A DNA stretch of 53,560 nt from a virus (lineage: Duplodnaviria; Caudoviricetes). Positions 1 through 9,326 of the stretch are shown one piece after another (the stretch's first letter is position 1; each line of letters starts with the position of its first letter). Both the position numbers and the translations under genes were made by a program. Under the pieces are notes generated by a model, which was not told the DNA's origin, did not search any database, and saw nothing but the letters and a program-made list of their open reading frames with translations. The DNA is taken from IMG/VR virus record IMGVR_UViG_3300006754_000025, positions 1-53,560 of that record. The stretch is one strand, 5' to 3'.

Positions 1-35
1 ATCTCGACGATCTCGACGATCTCGACGACCTCGAC
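1..35. repeat. 9-bp tandem repeat (ATCTCGACG) x~4
   Basis: Seen directly; encodes LDD repeats in the partial ORF. Confidence 0.85.
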
Positions 36-188
36 ATCGCGATTCTCTCCTATCAAGCCGAATTGATTTGGATTGAGGCAGTCCGCTGCGAGGCGGACCA
101 CTTCAGCGGCGATGTTACGCTAAAGGCTGGCCGAAGTATCGACGACATGTTCGACGAATACGTGGCGCGACAGGCGGGCACGAAATGA
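3..188 (+). CDS. partial hypothetical protein (5' truncated)
   Basis: Open frame from the window edge, LDDLDDLDDLDIAILSYQAELIW...ARQAGTK*, stop TGA at 186-188. Converges on the peptidase gene. Confidence 0.5.
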   Translation, partial: LDDLDDLDDLDIAILSYQAELIWIEAVRCEADHFSGDVTLKAGRSIDDMFDEYVARQAGTK

Positions 189-202
189 CCATCCCCGCGA
201 GT

Positions 203-1108
203 TCAGGCGGCGGGGTAGAGTCTGGCCAATTCACCATCTGAGACGGTCAATCCGTTGGAGCCGGCGGGCGCGGTCGGATCGTCAGGCAGGACGACAGAAG
301 CCGCCGCCCAAGCCCCGCCAGTCGACCAATGCCGCTCAGTGTCGTAGAGTCGCCCGTGGTCGCCCCGGTCGCGATCGTACGAGTCGAGGTATTCGCACAG
401 CCAGCGGCGGCGCTCGTCCTGCACCAGATCGCACCCGCAAATGGCGTGACCGCTTCGCCCGTAGCAGATGGGCATACGGTGCAAGAGGGCGCTGGCGAAC
501 TGCTCACGAGTGTCGAGCCGCACCCATTCGAGGACACGGAAGTGCTTGGCCGTAACCCGCCAGCCGTCTGGGAAGGCGTCTTTGGTCGCAAAGGGTGTGT
601 TTTGGTGGAAGTGGTGTCGGCACAGCTGTTTGGCGCGATCGTGGCACAGGGACAAGCCAGGGGCCTCTGACATGGCACTGGACGACTCAGGGAGTAGCCC
701 GACCTCCGTCAGGCGTTCCATAGCCCCCCACATCGTCGACCCCGAATGGCGACGGCGGGTCACGCAGCCGTAACCGGACATCGGCGAACACTTCATGACG
801 AAACGCTTGCCCAGCTGGCGGGTCCAGCAATACCGCCAAGTCGATTCCGCCGAGTTGTAGACGCACGAGGATTCTGGGGATTGGTCGTTCCAGGGGTCCA
901 GGTACAGTCGGCCCACATGCACAGTGCCCAGATTGACTTCTTGCTCACGCTTCACATCCGCCCATTCCGAGCGGTCGAAGACTCGCAGCGACGATGGCCA
1001 GGTGGCGCCAAACGTCGCGTCGCCCTCTGACGGGACGATTCCGCCCATGCCGGGAGGTAGCCGGAAGTCGTAATCGATATGGGAATCAGGGATGGCAACG
1101 CGTGTCAT
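203..1108 (-). CDS. papain-like (C1 family) cysteine peptidase
   Basis: NDQSPESSC (oxyanion Gln plus catalytic Cys), GHAI (catalytic His), and YLDSY at the position of the usual NSW motif. Confidence 0.75.
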   Translation of the reverse strand: MTRVAIPDSHIDYDFRLPPGMGGIVPSEGDATFGATWPSSLRVFDRSEWADVKREQEVNLGTVHVGRLYLDPWNDQSPESSCVYNSAESTWRYCWTRQLGKRFVMKCSPMSGYGCVTRRRHSGSTMWGAMERLTEVGLLPESSSAMSEAPGLSLCHDRAKQLCRHHFHQNTPFATKDAFPDGWRVTAKHFRVLEWVRLDTREQFASALLHRMPICYGRSGHAICGCDLVQDERRRWLCEYLDSYDRDRGDHGRLYDTERHWSTGGAWAAASVVLPDDPTAPAGSNGLTVSDGELARLYPAA

Positions 1109-1821
1109 TTCACTTCCGCCAAGATGGCGTCCTTCGTGGCTGGAAGGTTTATCGCCTTCGTAATCGTGTCGCCCGCCATGAGGACAAGCGCCGGTAGCCC
1201 GATTTCGTTTGCCTTAACGATCGCCGGCGCCAGGAAAGCGGGGGCTTCTCCGGTTCCTGTTTGAACGCCGGCGCTGACGAAAAAAACGGGTTTGCCCTGC
1301 GATCGCAACTCGTTGGTAGCTCCCTCACCAGCGAGCGGCGGCCCGGCAAGCCCGTCGTAGATGATCGCGATCGCCGTCGTTTTGGTCGGCGCTGGATCTA
1401 CGGGGTCAGGATCTTTAGGCGGCGGCTGTGCGCCTTGGACGTGGATATTCCAAGACGCCGAGACTTCACCGGGCGGCCACACCATGACAAGGTCGCCATC
1501 GGCATCCGTTTTGACCTTGGCGTGATTGGCGAAGAACTCCACCTGGTAGCTGCCAGGTTTCCCGGTGCCGACGGCGGTCGTGTTGTCGTCGTACAGTCGC
1601 ACATCGAGGTCGCCGACCCGCCAGCGAATCCCGAACATCCGGTGACCGTCGGGAAGTTCGACGTTGGGCTTCAATTCAAACAGCGAGTATTCAGAGACGG
1701 TCAGATTCCCTCGCAGCGGCTGCCTAATGACGGTCGGCGGCAAGTATTCGGGCTCGACCGGACGCTGCAAGAGCGTGAACGCCATTGCGGTAAAGAACGT
1801 AAAAACGAATGCTGGTTTCAT
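1105..1821 (-). CDS. secreted/membrane-anchored protein: Ig-like domain, Pro-rich linker, small alpha/beta (thioredoxin-like) C-terminal domain
   Basis: Hydrophobic N-terminus MKPAFVFTFFTAMAFTLL, linker PPPKDPDPVDPAP, C-terminal GLPALVLM...LPATKDAILAEVK. 4-bp overlap with the peptidase gene. Confidence 0.6.
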   Translation of the reverse strand: MKPAFVFTFFTAMAFTLLQRPVEPEYLPPTVIRQPLRGNLTVSEYSLFELKPNVELPDGHRMFGIRWRVGDLDVRLYDDNTTAVGTGKPGSYQVEFFANHAKVKTDADGDLVMVWPPGEVSASWNIHVQGAQPPPKDPDPVDPAPTKTTAIAIIYDGLAGPPLAGEGATNELRSQGKPVFFVSAGVQTGTGEAPAFLAPAIVKANEIGLPALVLMAGDTITKAINLPATKDAILAEVK

Positions 1822-1836
1822 GTCGCCCTCCCGGTC

Positions 1837-2085
1837 CTATTCAGACCACTCCACTTGCATGTTTGGGTGCGTAGCCAAGACCGTAACAACGTATCCCTTG
1901 CCCTCCAGCCACGACTGGATGTCCGCGACGAAACGATCTTCAATGTCCAAAACGGTCATCGTCGTTTCCGTTTGCTTTTCAGCGGCATTTACCAATCGCT
2001 GCACAATGGTTTTCTTCAGACGGCGAGTCAATGCAGCCTGCGCCCCTCGCCTGTTTCGCAATTCTTCCGGTGTCGGTAAATCCAT
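1837..2085 (-). CDS. hypothetical protein
   Basis: 82 aa, AGGAG RBS, fills the gap in a co-oriented operon. Confidence 0.65.
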   Translation of the reverse strand: MDLPTPEELRNRRGAQAALTRRLKKTIVQRLVNAAEKQTETTMTVLDIEDRFVADIQSWLEGKGYVVTVLATHPNMQVEWSE

Positions 2086-2096
2086 CCCTGCATCTC

Positions 2097-3137
2097 CTAC
2101 GTGTATTCGCCAAGTGCGTGCATGACGAAGCGGTCAAGGTTTTTGATATATCGCACCAAGATCATTCGATAGCTCGACGGCGTGTCAAAACTCCAAGACG
2201 GCTCGCCGGTCACGTTTTCGTCTACCCAGTGAAACGTCGCTGAGCCTGACGAAGCCCAGGTTATACCGCGCGACATCATACCCGAATCTTGTTTGACATC
2301 GATAAACCCGATCATATCGCCGTTAGGTTCGGTGAGCGTGATCGTAACGTCGCCAGTTGCTGCCGCGAGGTCAAGGGCATAGGTGTTAGACGCTCCCAGG
2401 TCGAGCGTAACGGCGTTGCTGCTAATGGAGGCTGCATTCGATCCGTGTTGCAGGCCGACTTTGACTTCAATCTCGTCGTTCGTTTCGTCTAGCGTGAATG
2501 CGGTGGTGCCATCCACCGTAAAATGGACATCGTCAGATGTGTCGCAATAGATCGTGCCGCCAGTGCCAGATGCCGCGTTCAACATCGTGAATGTTTCATC
2601 GTTGTCGATCTGCAATCTGCCGCCAGCGACGTAAACCCTGGCTGTCGATCCACCAGCAGCGCCGAATACAACATTTCCCGTGCCGTGATCCCATGTCTGG
2701 ATATTACTGACCCCTGCGCCGCCAGCGTCAGTGCCGGACTGAAGTTTCAGCCGACCGGCTTGCATGAGAAAGTTCATCCACTTGTCGTCCGACGCTCCGC
2801 TCAAATCGACCAGCGAGATGTTTGCCCCACCGGCTGCGCCTTGAACCGACAGGTAGGCGCCATACGTGCCTTCATACAGCTGCAAGTACGAGTGTGCCGT
2901 AGCTGATGTCCAACTGGCAATCGTCTTCGGGTTCTGCGACTCAGAACCAACCGTCGCGTTCTGGCCGACATACAAATCAGCGTTCGCGTCGATGATCACG
3001 CTGCCAGCAGGCGCGAAGGTCAGGTCGCCGCTCGTCGTCGTCAGCCCGCCGGCAGCGGCGAACGTCAACGTCGTTCCGGTGATGGATCGGGTCGCGGCGA
3101 GGTCTAGCGCCGTCACGTCGATCGATGTTTGTAGCAC
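2097..3137 (-). CDS. tail/head fibre-like protein
   Basis: Gly/Thr/Ser-rich beta-strand sequence. C-terminal domain (VTLDLGASNTYALDL...TITLTEP...VKQDS...RGITW...EPSWS) resembles common phage fibre tip domains. AGGAG RBS before the GTG start. Confidence 0.6.
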   Translation of the reverse strand: MLQTSIDVTALDLAATRSITGTTLTFAAAGGLTTTSGDLTFAPAGSVIIDANADLYVGQNATVGSESQNPKTIASWTSATAHSYLQLYEGTYGAYLSVQGAAGGANISLVDLSGASDDKWMNFLMQAGRLKLQSGTDAGGAGVSNIQTWDHGTGNVVFGAAGGSTARVYVAGGRLQIDNDETFTMLNAASGTGGTIYCDTSDDVHFTVDGTTAFTLDETNDEIEVKVGLQHGSNAASISSNAVTLDLGASNTYALDLAAATGDVTITLTEPNGDMIGFIDVKQDSGMMSRGITWASSGSATFHWVDENVTGEPSWSFDTPSSYRMILVRYIKNLDRFVMHALGEYT

Positions 3138-3181
3138 TGGCTGCTCCTGGTTGGGGAGCGCCCGTCAGAGTAGGTCCGCCT

Positions 3182-3190
3182 AGTCTAGCA
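3182..3190 (-). promoter_or_regulatory. extended -10 promoter (TGcTAGACT) for the leftward fibre/peptidase operon
   Basis: TGn plus TAGACT on the minus strand, 45 bp upstream of the 3137 start. Confidence 0.4.
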
Positions 3191-3339
3191 AAAAAACCTG
3201 ACTTTTCACGGATGGCGTGCGGTTTTGGCCTAAAGGCTAAAAAGCGCGCGGTTTTAGCACAGAAAGCGCGAAGGGTTGCCGACTGCGCAAAAGAGTGGCC
3301 GCCGGCCCTGACGCGAAAGATTCGACCGGCGGCCTTAAC

Positions 3340-3436
3340 TCGTGACTATTGGCATTTTACAGGTTTGCAGCCGGCAGGAATACACTGCATAATGTTTTTT
3401 TCGTGACTCTCACGACTCGTGACTGACCTCGTGACT
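3340..3436. repeat. cluster of TCGTGACT octamers (operator- or iteron-like)
   Basis: Copies at 3340, 3401, 3417 and 3429, plus an inverted half-site TCACGA at 3410 (TCGTGA-N3-TCACGA palindrome). Confidence 0.8.
3365..3393 (+). promoter_or_regulatory. sigma70-type promoter of the early operon
   Basis: TTGCAG-17 bp-CATAAT upstream of ORF 3456. Confidence 0.6.
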
Positions 3437-3455
3437 AAATGAAAAAGGGCTATCG

Positions 3456-4376
3456 ATGGCTAACAAGCGTGTTGACGTGCGCCGTGGGCTGGAAACTGCG
3501 GGGCGAGAAGAACTAATCAGCCTCGCAGCGGAGGAGAGGACACATATTCGCTGGGACGAAGCGGAAAGGGGGCGTCTGACCGAGGCGGTCACAACGGCGC
3601 TTGCCGAAGACCCCTCGAAATCGGTCTACCAACACCTGACTGTCGCGCAGGAGAAGGTTCTACCCGCTGATCGCAGACGATACAAGATCGCGTTTAGTGC
3701 ATCGACGTGCGGTTGGCTGCTCAAATCGGTTAGCAAACGACTCAGGACGATTGCTGAGTTGCAGCCGAATATGGTGAAAGTCGAGCAACAACGCGATTTC
3801 GCCCAAGACGAACTGAAGAGTGTTCGTGAAGATTTAGCCAAAGCGGTTTCCCTGCAGGACGATTGGCGAGGCGCCCTTGGCCGCGCTGAAGTACCCGACC
3901 TCATTGCCGCCATTATGTCACGGGGCGGCCAATACGGGCTCGCACTGATGGAGATGTTGGCCAGTATCGAGCAGAAATTGACCAACGTTGAAGCCGCGTC
4001 GTGGGCAATGCACGACGCGTTGAAGAACTCAAAGAGCGGTAGGCGACCCGCAGCCGCCGCTACCAACGGCGTAAAGGCCGCCGAGGCGCCGAATAAGTTG
4101 AAAATCCTCGTTGTTGGTGCAAACGGCACCTCCAAAAACGCCATCAGAAGCCGCACTAAGCACATCGGCGGGCTCATCACGCTCTGCTGGTGCGATGCAG
4201 ACAAGAAGTCGCCGCCGGCGTGCGACTACGCTTATGTGGGATCGAACGTGAAGGAGCGACACAAGATCATCAACGCGCTGAAGGACAAGATGCCGAGCCA
4301 GCGAATTTTCACTTGGCCAGGCGGAACGTCCTCGATTGTCAACGCGCTGAACGAATTAACTGGCGTCGCCGAGTAA
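3456..4376 (+). CDS. coiled-coil protein with C-terminal DUF2325-like alpha/beta domain
   Basis: Central heptads. C-terminus KILVVGANG...CDYAYVGSNVKERH...IFTWPGGTSSIVNALNEL resembles DUF2325. Confidence 0.6.
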   Translation: MANKRVDVRRGLETAGREELISLAAEERTHIRWDEAERGRLTEAVTTALAEDPSKSVYQHLTVAQEKVLPADRRRYKIAFSASTCGWLLKSVSKRLRTIAELQPNMVKVEQQRDFAQDELKSVREDLAKAVSLQDDWRGALGRAEVPDLIAAIMSRGGQYGLALMEMLASIEQKLTNVEAASWAMHDALKNSKSGRRPAAAATNGVKAAEAPNKLKILVVGANGTSKNAIRSRTKHIGGLITLCWCDADKKSPPACDYAYVGSNVKERHKIINALKDKMPSQRIFTWPGGTSSIVNALNELTGVAE

Positions 4377-4460
4377 ACGTCCCCACGTAGATCCCGTGGG
4401 CAGGCATACCTGAACGGGCACGATGCTCCGTTCCCACCCTCATCTGAAAGGGGGCGGGAA

Positions 4461-4862
4461 ATGGATTTCTTTCCAGAGTTACTATCTATCGTCCATGATT
4501 TTTCGGACGGTAGCCTACCCCTCTTCAATCACTACTGCCATCACGTCCGCGTAGAGGGCATGAGCGTTCCCGACGCAAGTCGGGACTGGAACTCGCGTTT
4601 CCCGCATTGGAAATGCGCGTCCCCCATCACGTACCGCCGGAAAGCCGAGCGGTATCGCGATAAGATGCTCGAAGACATCGGCGACGCCGATGCAATCTTG
4701 CACCACTTTTGTGAGTGTCGACGGCGCGGAATGAAAGCAGAAGCGGCGCACCGAGACTGGAACAAGCGCCATCCCTCGCAGACCATACCAAGCGCAAGCG
4801 AATATTTCGTCAGGGCGCGTAGCCGTTTCGACGAAATAGAGGCGGCATTTGGCGACGAATGA
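4461..4862 (+). CDS. hypothetical protein made of two ~58-aa internal repeats
   Basis: HYC..R.EGM...A.RDWN.RFP versus HFC..R.RGM...A.RDWN.RHP. Confidence 0.7.
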   Translation: MDFFPELLSIVHDFSDGSLPLFNHYCHHVRVEGMSVPDASRDWNSRFPHWKCASPITYRRKAERYRDKMLEDIGDADAILHHFCECRRRGMKAEAAHRDWNKRHPSQTIPSASEYFVRARSRFDEIEAAFGDE

Positions 4863-5023
4863 GCGTACAAACCTGCACCAGTTTGAGGAAAAATAAAAAA
4901 AACCCCCGCATTATTCGCGGTGAATGCGAAACAAAATCACTGGTGCAAAATGCACCACCCGAGGTTATGACGACCTCGTGAGCTAAAGTCCTTCCTGTCA
5001 ACAAAGGAACCAGGAAGGACAAC

Positions 5024-5860
5024 ATGGAAGATCGCGACGACGACCAGTTGATTGCCCCGGCACAAGCGGAGTTAATCGACACATCTGGACGCGAAGGCGT
5101 CCGTTTTGGCGAACTCACTATCGCCGATCCCGAAGCAGTTTTAACCACTGCGAAGCAAATCAGCGCCCGACTCAAAGACATCATCGTCGAGCGTAAGCTG
5201 TTCAAGCGGATCGGCCAGAAAGACCACGTCTACGTTGACGGCTGGACGACTCTAGCGTCCATGCTCGGCTGCTCGCCACGAACCGACGACGCCAGCGAGT
5301 CAAAGACCGTTGAAGGCGAATTCGTCGCGACCGTCTCAATCGTCCGATCGGACGGAACCATTGTCTCGACCGCCACCGCACTCTGTGGGCCAGACGAGAA
5401 GACCTGGCGCTCACGCACGCGACAGGCTCGCTGTTCGATGGCGCAAACCAGAGCGACCGGCAAAGCCTGCCGCCTGGCATTCTCTTGGGTGATGGAACTC
5501 GCCGGCTACGCTGTGACTCCGCTTGAAGAGATGGAGTCAGAACCGGCGTTCACGACACACGCCAACCCTCCACGAAACACAGACGCCCCAGCGGCTCAAA
5601 CTCGCAGCCAGCGACAGGAATTCTCTGAAGTGTCCTTGCCTCAGTTCATGCACATTTTCAGATGCTGGATCGAGGACACGCTAGGCATTCCCTACGAAGA
5701 CATCAACGCCGCCGAGCGGAAGAAGCACGGCAGTTCATTCATGGCATGGGTCAAGCTGACGACCGGTCGCGAATTCGACGTGAAGACACCAGCTGCATGG
5801 AAGCGAACGGAATACGTCGCTTGCTGCCGATCCCTCAATTTGGAGCCCCTCGATGAGTAA
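5024..5860 (+). CDS. single-strand annealing recombinase (RecT/Red-beta/Rad52-superfamily-like)
   Basis: HVYVDGW and SMAQTRATGKACRLAF...AGY..TPLEEM motifs; directly upstream of an exonuclease; AGGA RBS. Confidence 0.6.
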   Translation: MEDRDDDQLIAPAQAELIDTSGREGVRFGELTIADPEAVLTTAKQISARLKDIIVERKLFKRIGQKDHVYVDGWTTLASMLGCSPRTDDASESKTVEGEFVATVSIVRSDGTIVSTATALCGPDEKTWRSRTRQARCSMAQTRATGKACRLAFSWVMELAGYAVTPLEEMESEPAFTTHANPPRNTDAPAAQTRSQRQEFSEVSLPQFMHIFRCWIEDTLGIPYEDINAAERKKHGSSFMAWVKLTTGREFDVKTPAAWKRTEYVACCRSLNLEPLDE

Positions 5861-6896
5861 GCGGCAACTTATTAAGAGGAACGACCCCGAGACGATCAAT
5901 TCGTTTTTCCTTACAGGAGAAAACCCCGTCCTGATCGTCGATCGGTCGACGTTGGAGAATTGGTCAGTCTGTCCGCTGCAAGGCAGCCTGTCGGGAAGTC
6001 AAATCGCCACCAACGCGATGGAAGCAGGTTCCGCGTCTCACGAGGCGATTGCGCGAGCGGTCGCCGAATACATCGCTTCAGAGGGCTCGTTGTCGCCATC
6101 GGACCTACGAACCGAACTCGACGCCTACCTGAAGACGAGTCGCCCCGACCTGGCCGACGACGTGTTCAACTCCGTCAAACGGAGCGTCTACACCTTCTCT
6201 GATTTTCTGGCCCGGCAAAGCCCCGTCAATATCTTGCGATTCGATAGTGGCGAAGGTGAACGCAGCGGTCAACTTGCTTACGACATCTCGACGGGCTCAC
6301 ACGTCGTGCGTGTCACAAGTGAGCTTGACTTGCTGTTTGCCGGACCCCAGCCAACATTGCTGCACGAAATAGACTGGAAGACCGGTCGCACCCGATGGAC
6401 GCGGTCGGATGTGGCCTCGTCTTTCCAGTTCCAGCTGCACGCATGGTTGATCTTCCAGAACTATCCCGACGTTGAAGCGGTTGAAATCAGCGTCTGGATG
6501 ACCCAGATGACTCAACAGACGTTCCCCGTCCTAGTCGAGCGGAAAGACCTTCATCTCATCGCGAGTCGCGTCTACACAGCGGCTCTTGAATACTCGAAGA
6601 ACCACGCGTTGGCGAAGCCGCCGGCTTGGCCAACGCTCGAAAAGTGCGAAAGCTGCCGAGTCGCAATGAATTGCGAGATTGGCCGCACTACCGATGTCGC
6701 CACCGTTGAAGACGACCCAGTTAACGCGGTGAAGGAATTGGCGGCGCTCAACGCCCAGGCGAAAGCCTACGAACGGGCGTTGGCAAAGCTAGTTGACAAA
6801 GATGGCGAGATTGAATTGGGCGACGGGGAGTGGTTCGGACGCGAAAAGCCGTCCACTCGGAAGAAGCCTGTCGCGACTTACAAAACTTGTGACTAA
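5853..6896 (+). CDS. Cas4/RecB-like PD-(D/E)xK exonuclease
   Basis: ELDLL...IDWKTG, QLHAW (QxxxY-like), N-terminal CP plus C-terminal CxxCx5C Fe-S ligands. Confidence 0.8.
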   Translation: MSKRQLIKRNDPETINSFFLTGENPVLIVDRSTLENWSVCPLQGSLSGSQIATNAMEAGSASHEAIARAVAEYIASEGSLSPSDLRTELDAYLKTSRPDLADDVFNSVKRSVYTFSDFLARQSPVNILRFDSGEGERSGQLAYDISTGSHVVRVTSELDLLFAGPQPTLLHEIDWKTGRTRWTRSDVASSFQFQLHAWLIFQNYPDVEAVEISVWMTQMTQQTFPVLVERKDLHLIASRVYTAALEYSKNHALAKPPAWPTLEKCESCRVAMNCEIGRTTDVATVEDDPVNAVKELAALNAQAKAYERALAKLVDKDGEIELGDGEWFGREKPSTRKKPVATYKTCD

Positions 6897-6899
6897 GGA

Positions 6900-7898
6900 G
6901 TGAGTGCTATGGGACGTAGGAAGAAACTAGCGAAGGAACCGGGCTGGATCGTTGACGCACCGGGCGAACAGCTGATGGAGATGTGCGGAATTAACTGGGA
7001 GATTCAAGATGTCGACATCAAAGACATCGACCTGCGAGGCTCCCGCCACAACAACGCGAGAATCGAAACCGACAAACTCAATGATGAACTTGCCGCACAG
7101 TACGCCGAAGGGATGAAGACAGGCGTCCACTTCCCAATGCCGATCCTTCAGAAGGGGCGAGGACGAAGCAAGCTATTTACGCTTAGCGGCAATCACCGGG
7201 TCGCCGCTGCGGAGCAAGTCGACCAACCTATCCGAGCCTACGTCACCCGATGCACGGACGAGGAAGCAATCGACATCGTTGTCCGCGTCGCGAACAGTCT
7301 AAACGGCACGCAGTCGTCAGCGAAGGAGCGAATTGAGCAGATTTACCAGCTGCACCACGACCACGGGCGAAGCCTTCCCGACCTGGCCGCGCTGTTCAAT
7401 ATGAAACTGTCTACCGTGCAGTTTAAGATGCGATTGGAAGCCTTCCGGCACGAGTTGGCCGACCTTGGCATACAAGCCGCGACCCTTCCGCTGCACTCGC
7501 TCGACGCGATCAATAGGATTCGCACAAACGAACAAGTGATGGTCGGCGCTGCGGAGCTTGCTATTAGCCAAAACATGACTGCTGCCCGCGTTAAGGACAT
7601 GGTCGGCGAGGTTAAGGCGGAACGCGGCGAACGTAAACAACTTGCCGTCCTGAAGAACTGGAACGGTCAGGCGAAGCAAGAGAATCCCAAACGCGGCACG
7701 AACCTTGCGCGCAAGCCTCGCAAAACGAAACTGACGCGCTTTGTGAATACATTCGGTTCATTTCTGACGCACGGCTACAGCGGCGGCTCGGCGATCGATA
7801 CGCTGCGCAAGGCGCAAATCACGGGCGAGGACAAAGCCCCGATGCGACAGAAGTTGGAATCGCTGCGGGACCTCATTGACCTACTACTGGAGTCCTAA
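6900..7898 (+). CDS. ParB/Srx N-terminal domain protein with HTH
   Basis: PMPIL...LSGNHRVAAA ParB box, followed by an HTH-like segment (GRSLPDLAALFNMKLSTVQ). Confidence 0.75.
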   Translation: MSAMGRRKKLAKEPGWIVDAPGEQLMEMCGINWEIQDVDIKDIDLRGSRHNNARIETDKLNDELAAQYAEGMKTGVHFPMPILQKGRGRSKLFTLSGNHRVAAAEQVDQPIRAYVTRCTDEEAIDIVVRVANSLNGTQSSAKERIEQIYQLHHDHGRSLPDLAALFNMKLSTVQFKMRLEAFRHELADLGIQAATLPLHSLDAINRIRTNEQVMVGAAELAISQNMTAARVKDMVGEVKAERGERKQLAVLKNWNGQAKQENPKRGTNLARKPRKTKLTRFVNTFGSFLTHGYSGGSAIDTLRKAQITGEDKAPMRQKLESLRDLIDLLLES

Positions 7899-8416
7899 TG
7901 CCGACATACGGCTTTTCGCCGCCTACTGACGGACGGCGTCGGAGCTATCGGTTCACCACTCTCACCATCGTTCGCATCTTCGCCGGACGCGAGGACGAGT
8001 GGTTGCCCTTCGCTACGATTGCCGTCCCTCTCTACCCGGTTATTAACGCGGAGCAAGCTGCGGCGGCGTACCGGGACTACCATACTCGCTTGAGCCGCGA
8101 TCCCATCGGCGACCAAGTCACGAAGGGTCGGAGTCGGGTCGTTTTGAAAAGGCTCCACTTCATGGTGAAACTAGGATTCCTCGAACGAGAAGGCCAAGGC
8201 ACCACGTCTAAGTATCGTCTTAGCTGCTGGTTCTGCCAGCTGTGTGGACATCTGGCATCCAAGTCACGCCCTAACAAGGGCACTCTACTCTGCAACGAAT
8301 GCAAGGAACACGCTGATGCACATCATCACCGGGACAAGCGGAAAAAAAATCAAGCTAACGGCAGTCGAGCGAAAGCAACTCGCAAACGCGGTAGCTTTGG
8401 CAAGCTCGATCAGTGA
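7898..8416 (+). CDS. winged-helix plus Zn-finger protein
   Basis: LHFMVKLGFLEREG...KYRL wHTH wing; CQLC...CNEC. Confidence 0.55.
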   Translation: MPTYGFSPPTDGRRRSYRFTTLTIVRIFAGREDEWLPFATIAVPLYPVINAEQAAAAYRDYHTRLSRDPIGDQVTKGRSRVVLKRLHFMVKLGFLEREGQGTTSKYRLSCWFCQLCGHLASKSRPNKGTLLCNECKEHADAHHHRDKRKKNQANGSRAKATRKRGSFGKLDQ

Positions 8417-8525
8417 CATCGCCGGTGCGATCCAGATGGACGCGGCGCAGCAAGCAGCGGCAGCGTCCAGTGTATCGCTGACATCGCTGCAAGCGGCGCT
8501 GGAGCCGGTCAGAGAGTCGCAATGA
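8316..8525 (+). CDS. hypothetical protein
   Basis: ATG at 8316 with AAGGA RBS; stop overlaps the next start (ATGA). Confidence 0.5.
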   Translation: MHIITGTSGKKIKLTAVERKQLANAVALASSISDIAGAIQMDAAQQAAAASSVSLTSLQAALEPVRESQ

Positions 8526-8959
8526 CCGTTGATACTCACACACTCGATTTGATCGCCAACGCGACAGAGATTGGACCCTATTTCAATATCGGCTTTTGGC
8601 GACATTGTGCGATCGGTCAGTATTGCGCCAGGTACGCCAACGACGCCTTGCAGATGGATCTAGGACCCTTTGGTGGGGACCCTTACCCGTTGATGCGCGA
8701 GCGGATGGTCGGTGGGATGCGGGCGGTGCAATGTCGGCTGGGTCTAAGCGAATATATCGTTCACTGGCTTTTCACCTCCCACACGGCACAATCGCCAGCC
8801 GCCATCGACCGCGACTCGGTCGTTCACCGGCTGCGAGTTACCGCCGACTACTACCGTCGCAAGCAAGCGGCGATCGATGAGCATGAACGGCTCATGTCGC
8901 TTCCAAAGCGCGACCGTTGGGCGATCCTACTAAACACGGAGTTGACGACCGCTAGTTAG
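8522..8959 (+). CDS. hypothetical protein
   Basis: 145 aa, translationally coupled to the upstream ORF. Confidence 0.65.
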   Translation: MTVDTHTLDLIANATEIGPYFNIGFWRHCAIGQYCARYANDALQMDLGPFGGDPYPLMRERMVGGMRAVQCRLGLSEYIVHWLFTSHTAQSPAAIDRDSVVHRLRVTADYYRRKQAAIDEHERLMSLPKRDRWAILLNTELTTAS

Positions 8960-8972
8960 TCGGACGGAGTCG

Positions 8973-9326
8973 ATGAAAAGAACAGCTTATCCACCTCTCT
9001 TTGAGGCGTTTTGGCGGGCGTACCCTCGCCGCGTCAAGAAACGACTCGCCTACGCCTCTTGGTGTAAGGCGGTTGAACAGATTACCGAGTCAAGCGGCTC
9101 GACAAGTGAGGACGCAGGTATATGGCTGATCGAACGAGCGAAATCCTACGCTTGTTCCGACGACGCCAAGGAAATTAGGTTCTGTCCCCACGCGTCAACG
9201 TGGCTTAATCAAGAGCGATACGACGACGACGACGACGGATGGTCACACGCGTCAGTTGAACCGGACAAGCCGAGCCCGACTGACTTCGTGGCAAAGTTAC
9301 GGAAGCGAGCAAATGAGGACGAGTGA
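8973..9326 (+). CDS. phage replication initiator C-terminal (DnaD-like) domain protein
   Basis: FEAFWRAYPRRVKK..AY..W and PHASTWLNQERYDD are typical of phage initiator C-terminal domains. Confidence 0.7.
   Translation: MKRTAYPPLFEAFWRAYPRRVKKRLAYASWCKAVEQITESSGSTSEDAGIWLIERAKSYACSDDAKEIRFCPHASTWLNQERYDDDDDGWSHASVEPDKPSPTDFVAKLRKRANEDE

Noticed and set aside
3297-3334. 9-bp inverted repeat GGCCGCCGG/CCGGCGGCC as a terminator
   Set aside because: 20-nt loop, no U-tract, and located between divergent promoters; function unsupported.
5853-6896. Cas4-like nuclease as part of a CRISPR-Cas system
   Set aside because: No cas1/cas2 and no repeat-spacer array seen. Its position next to the SSAP gene fits a phage recombination exonuclease.
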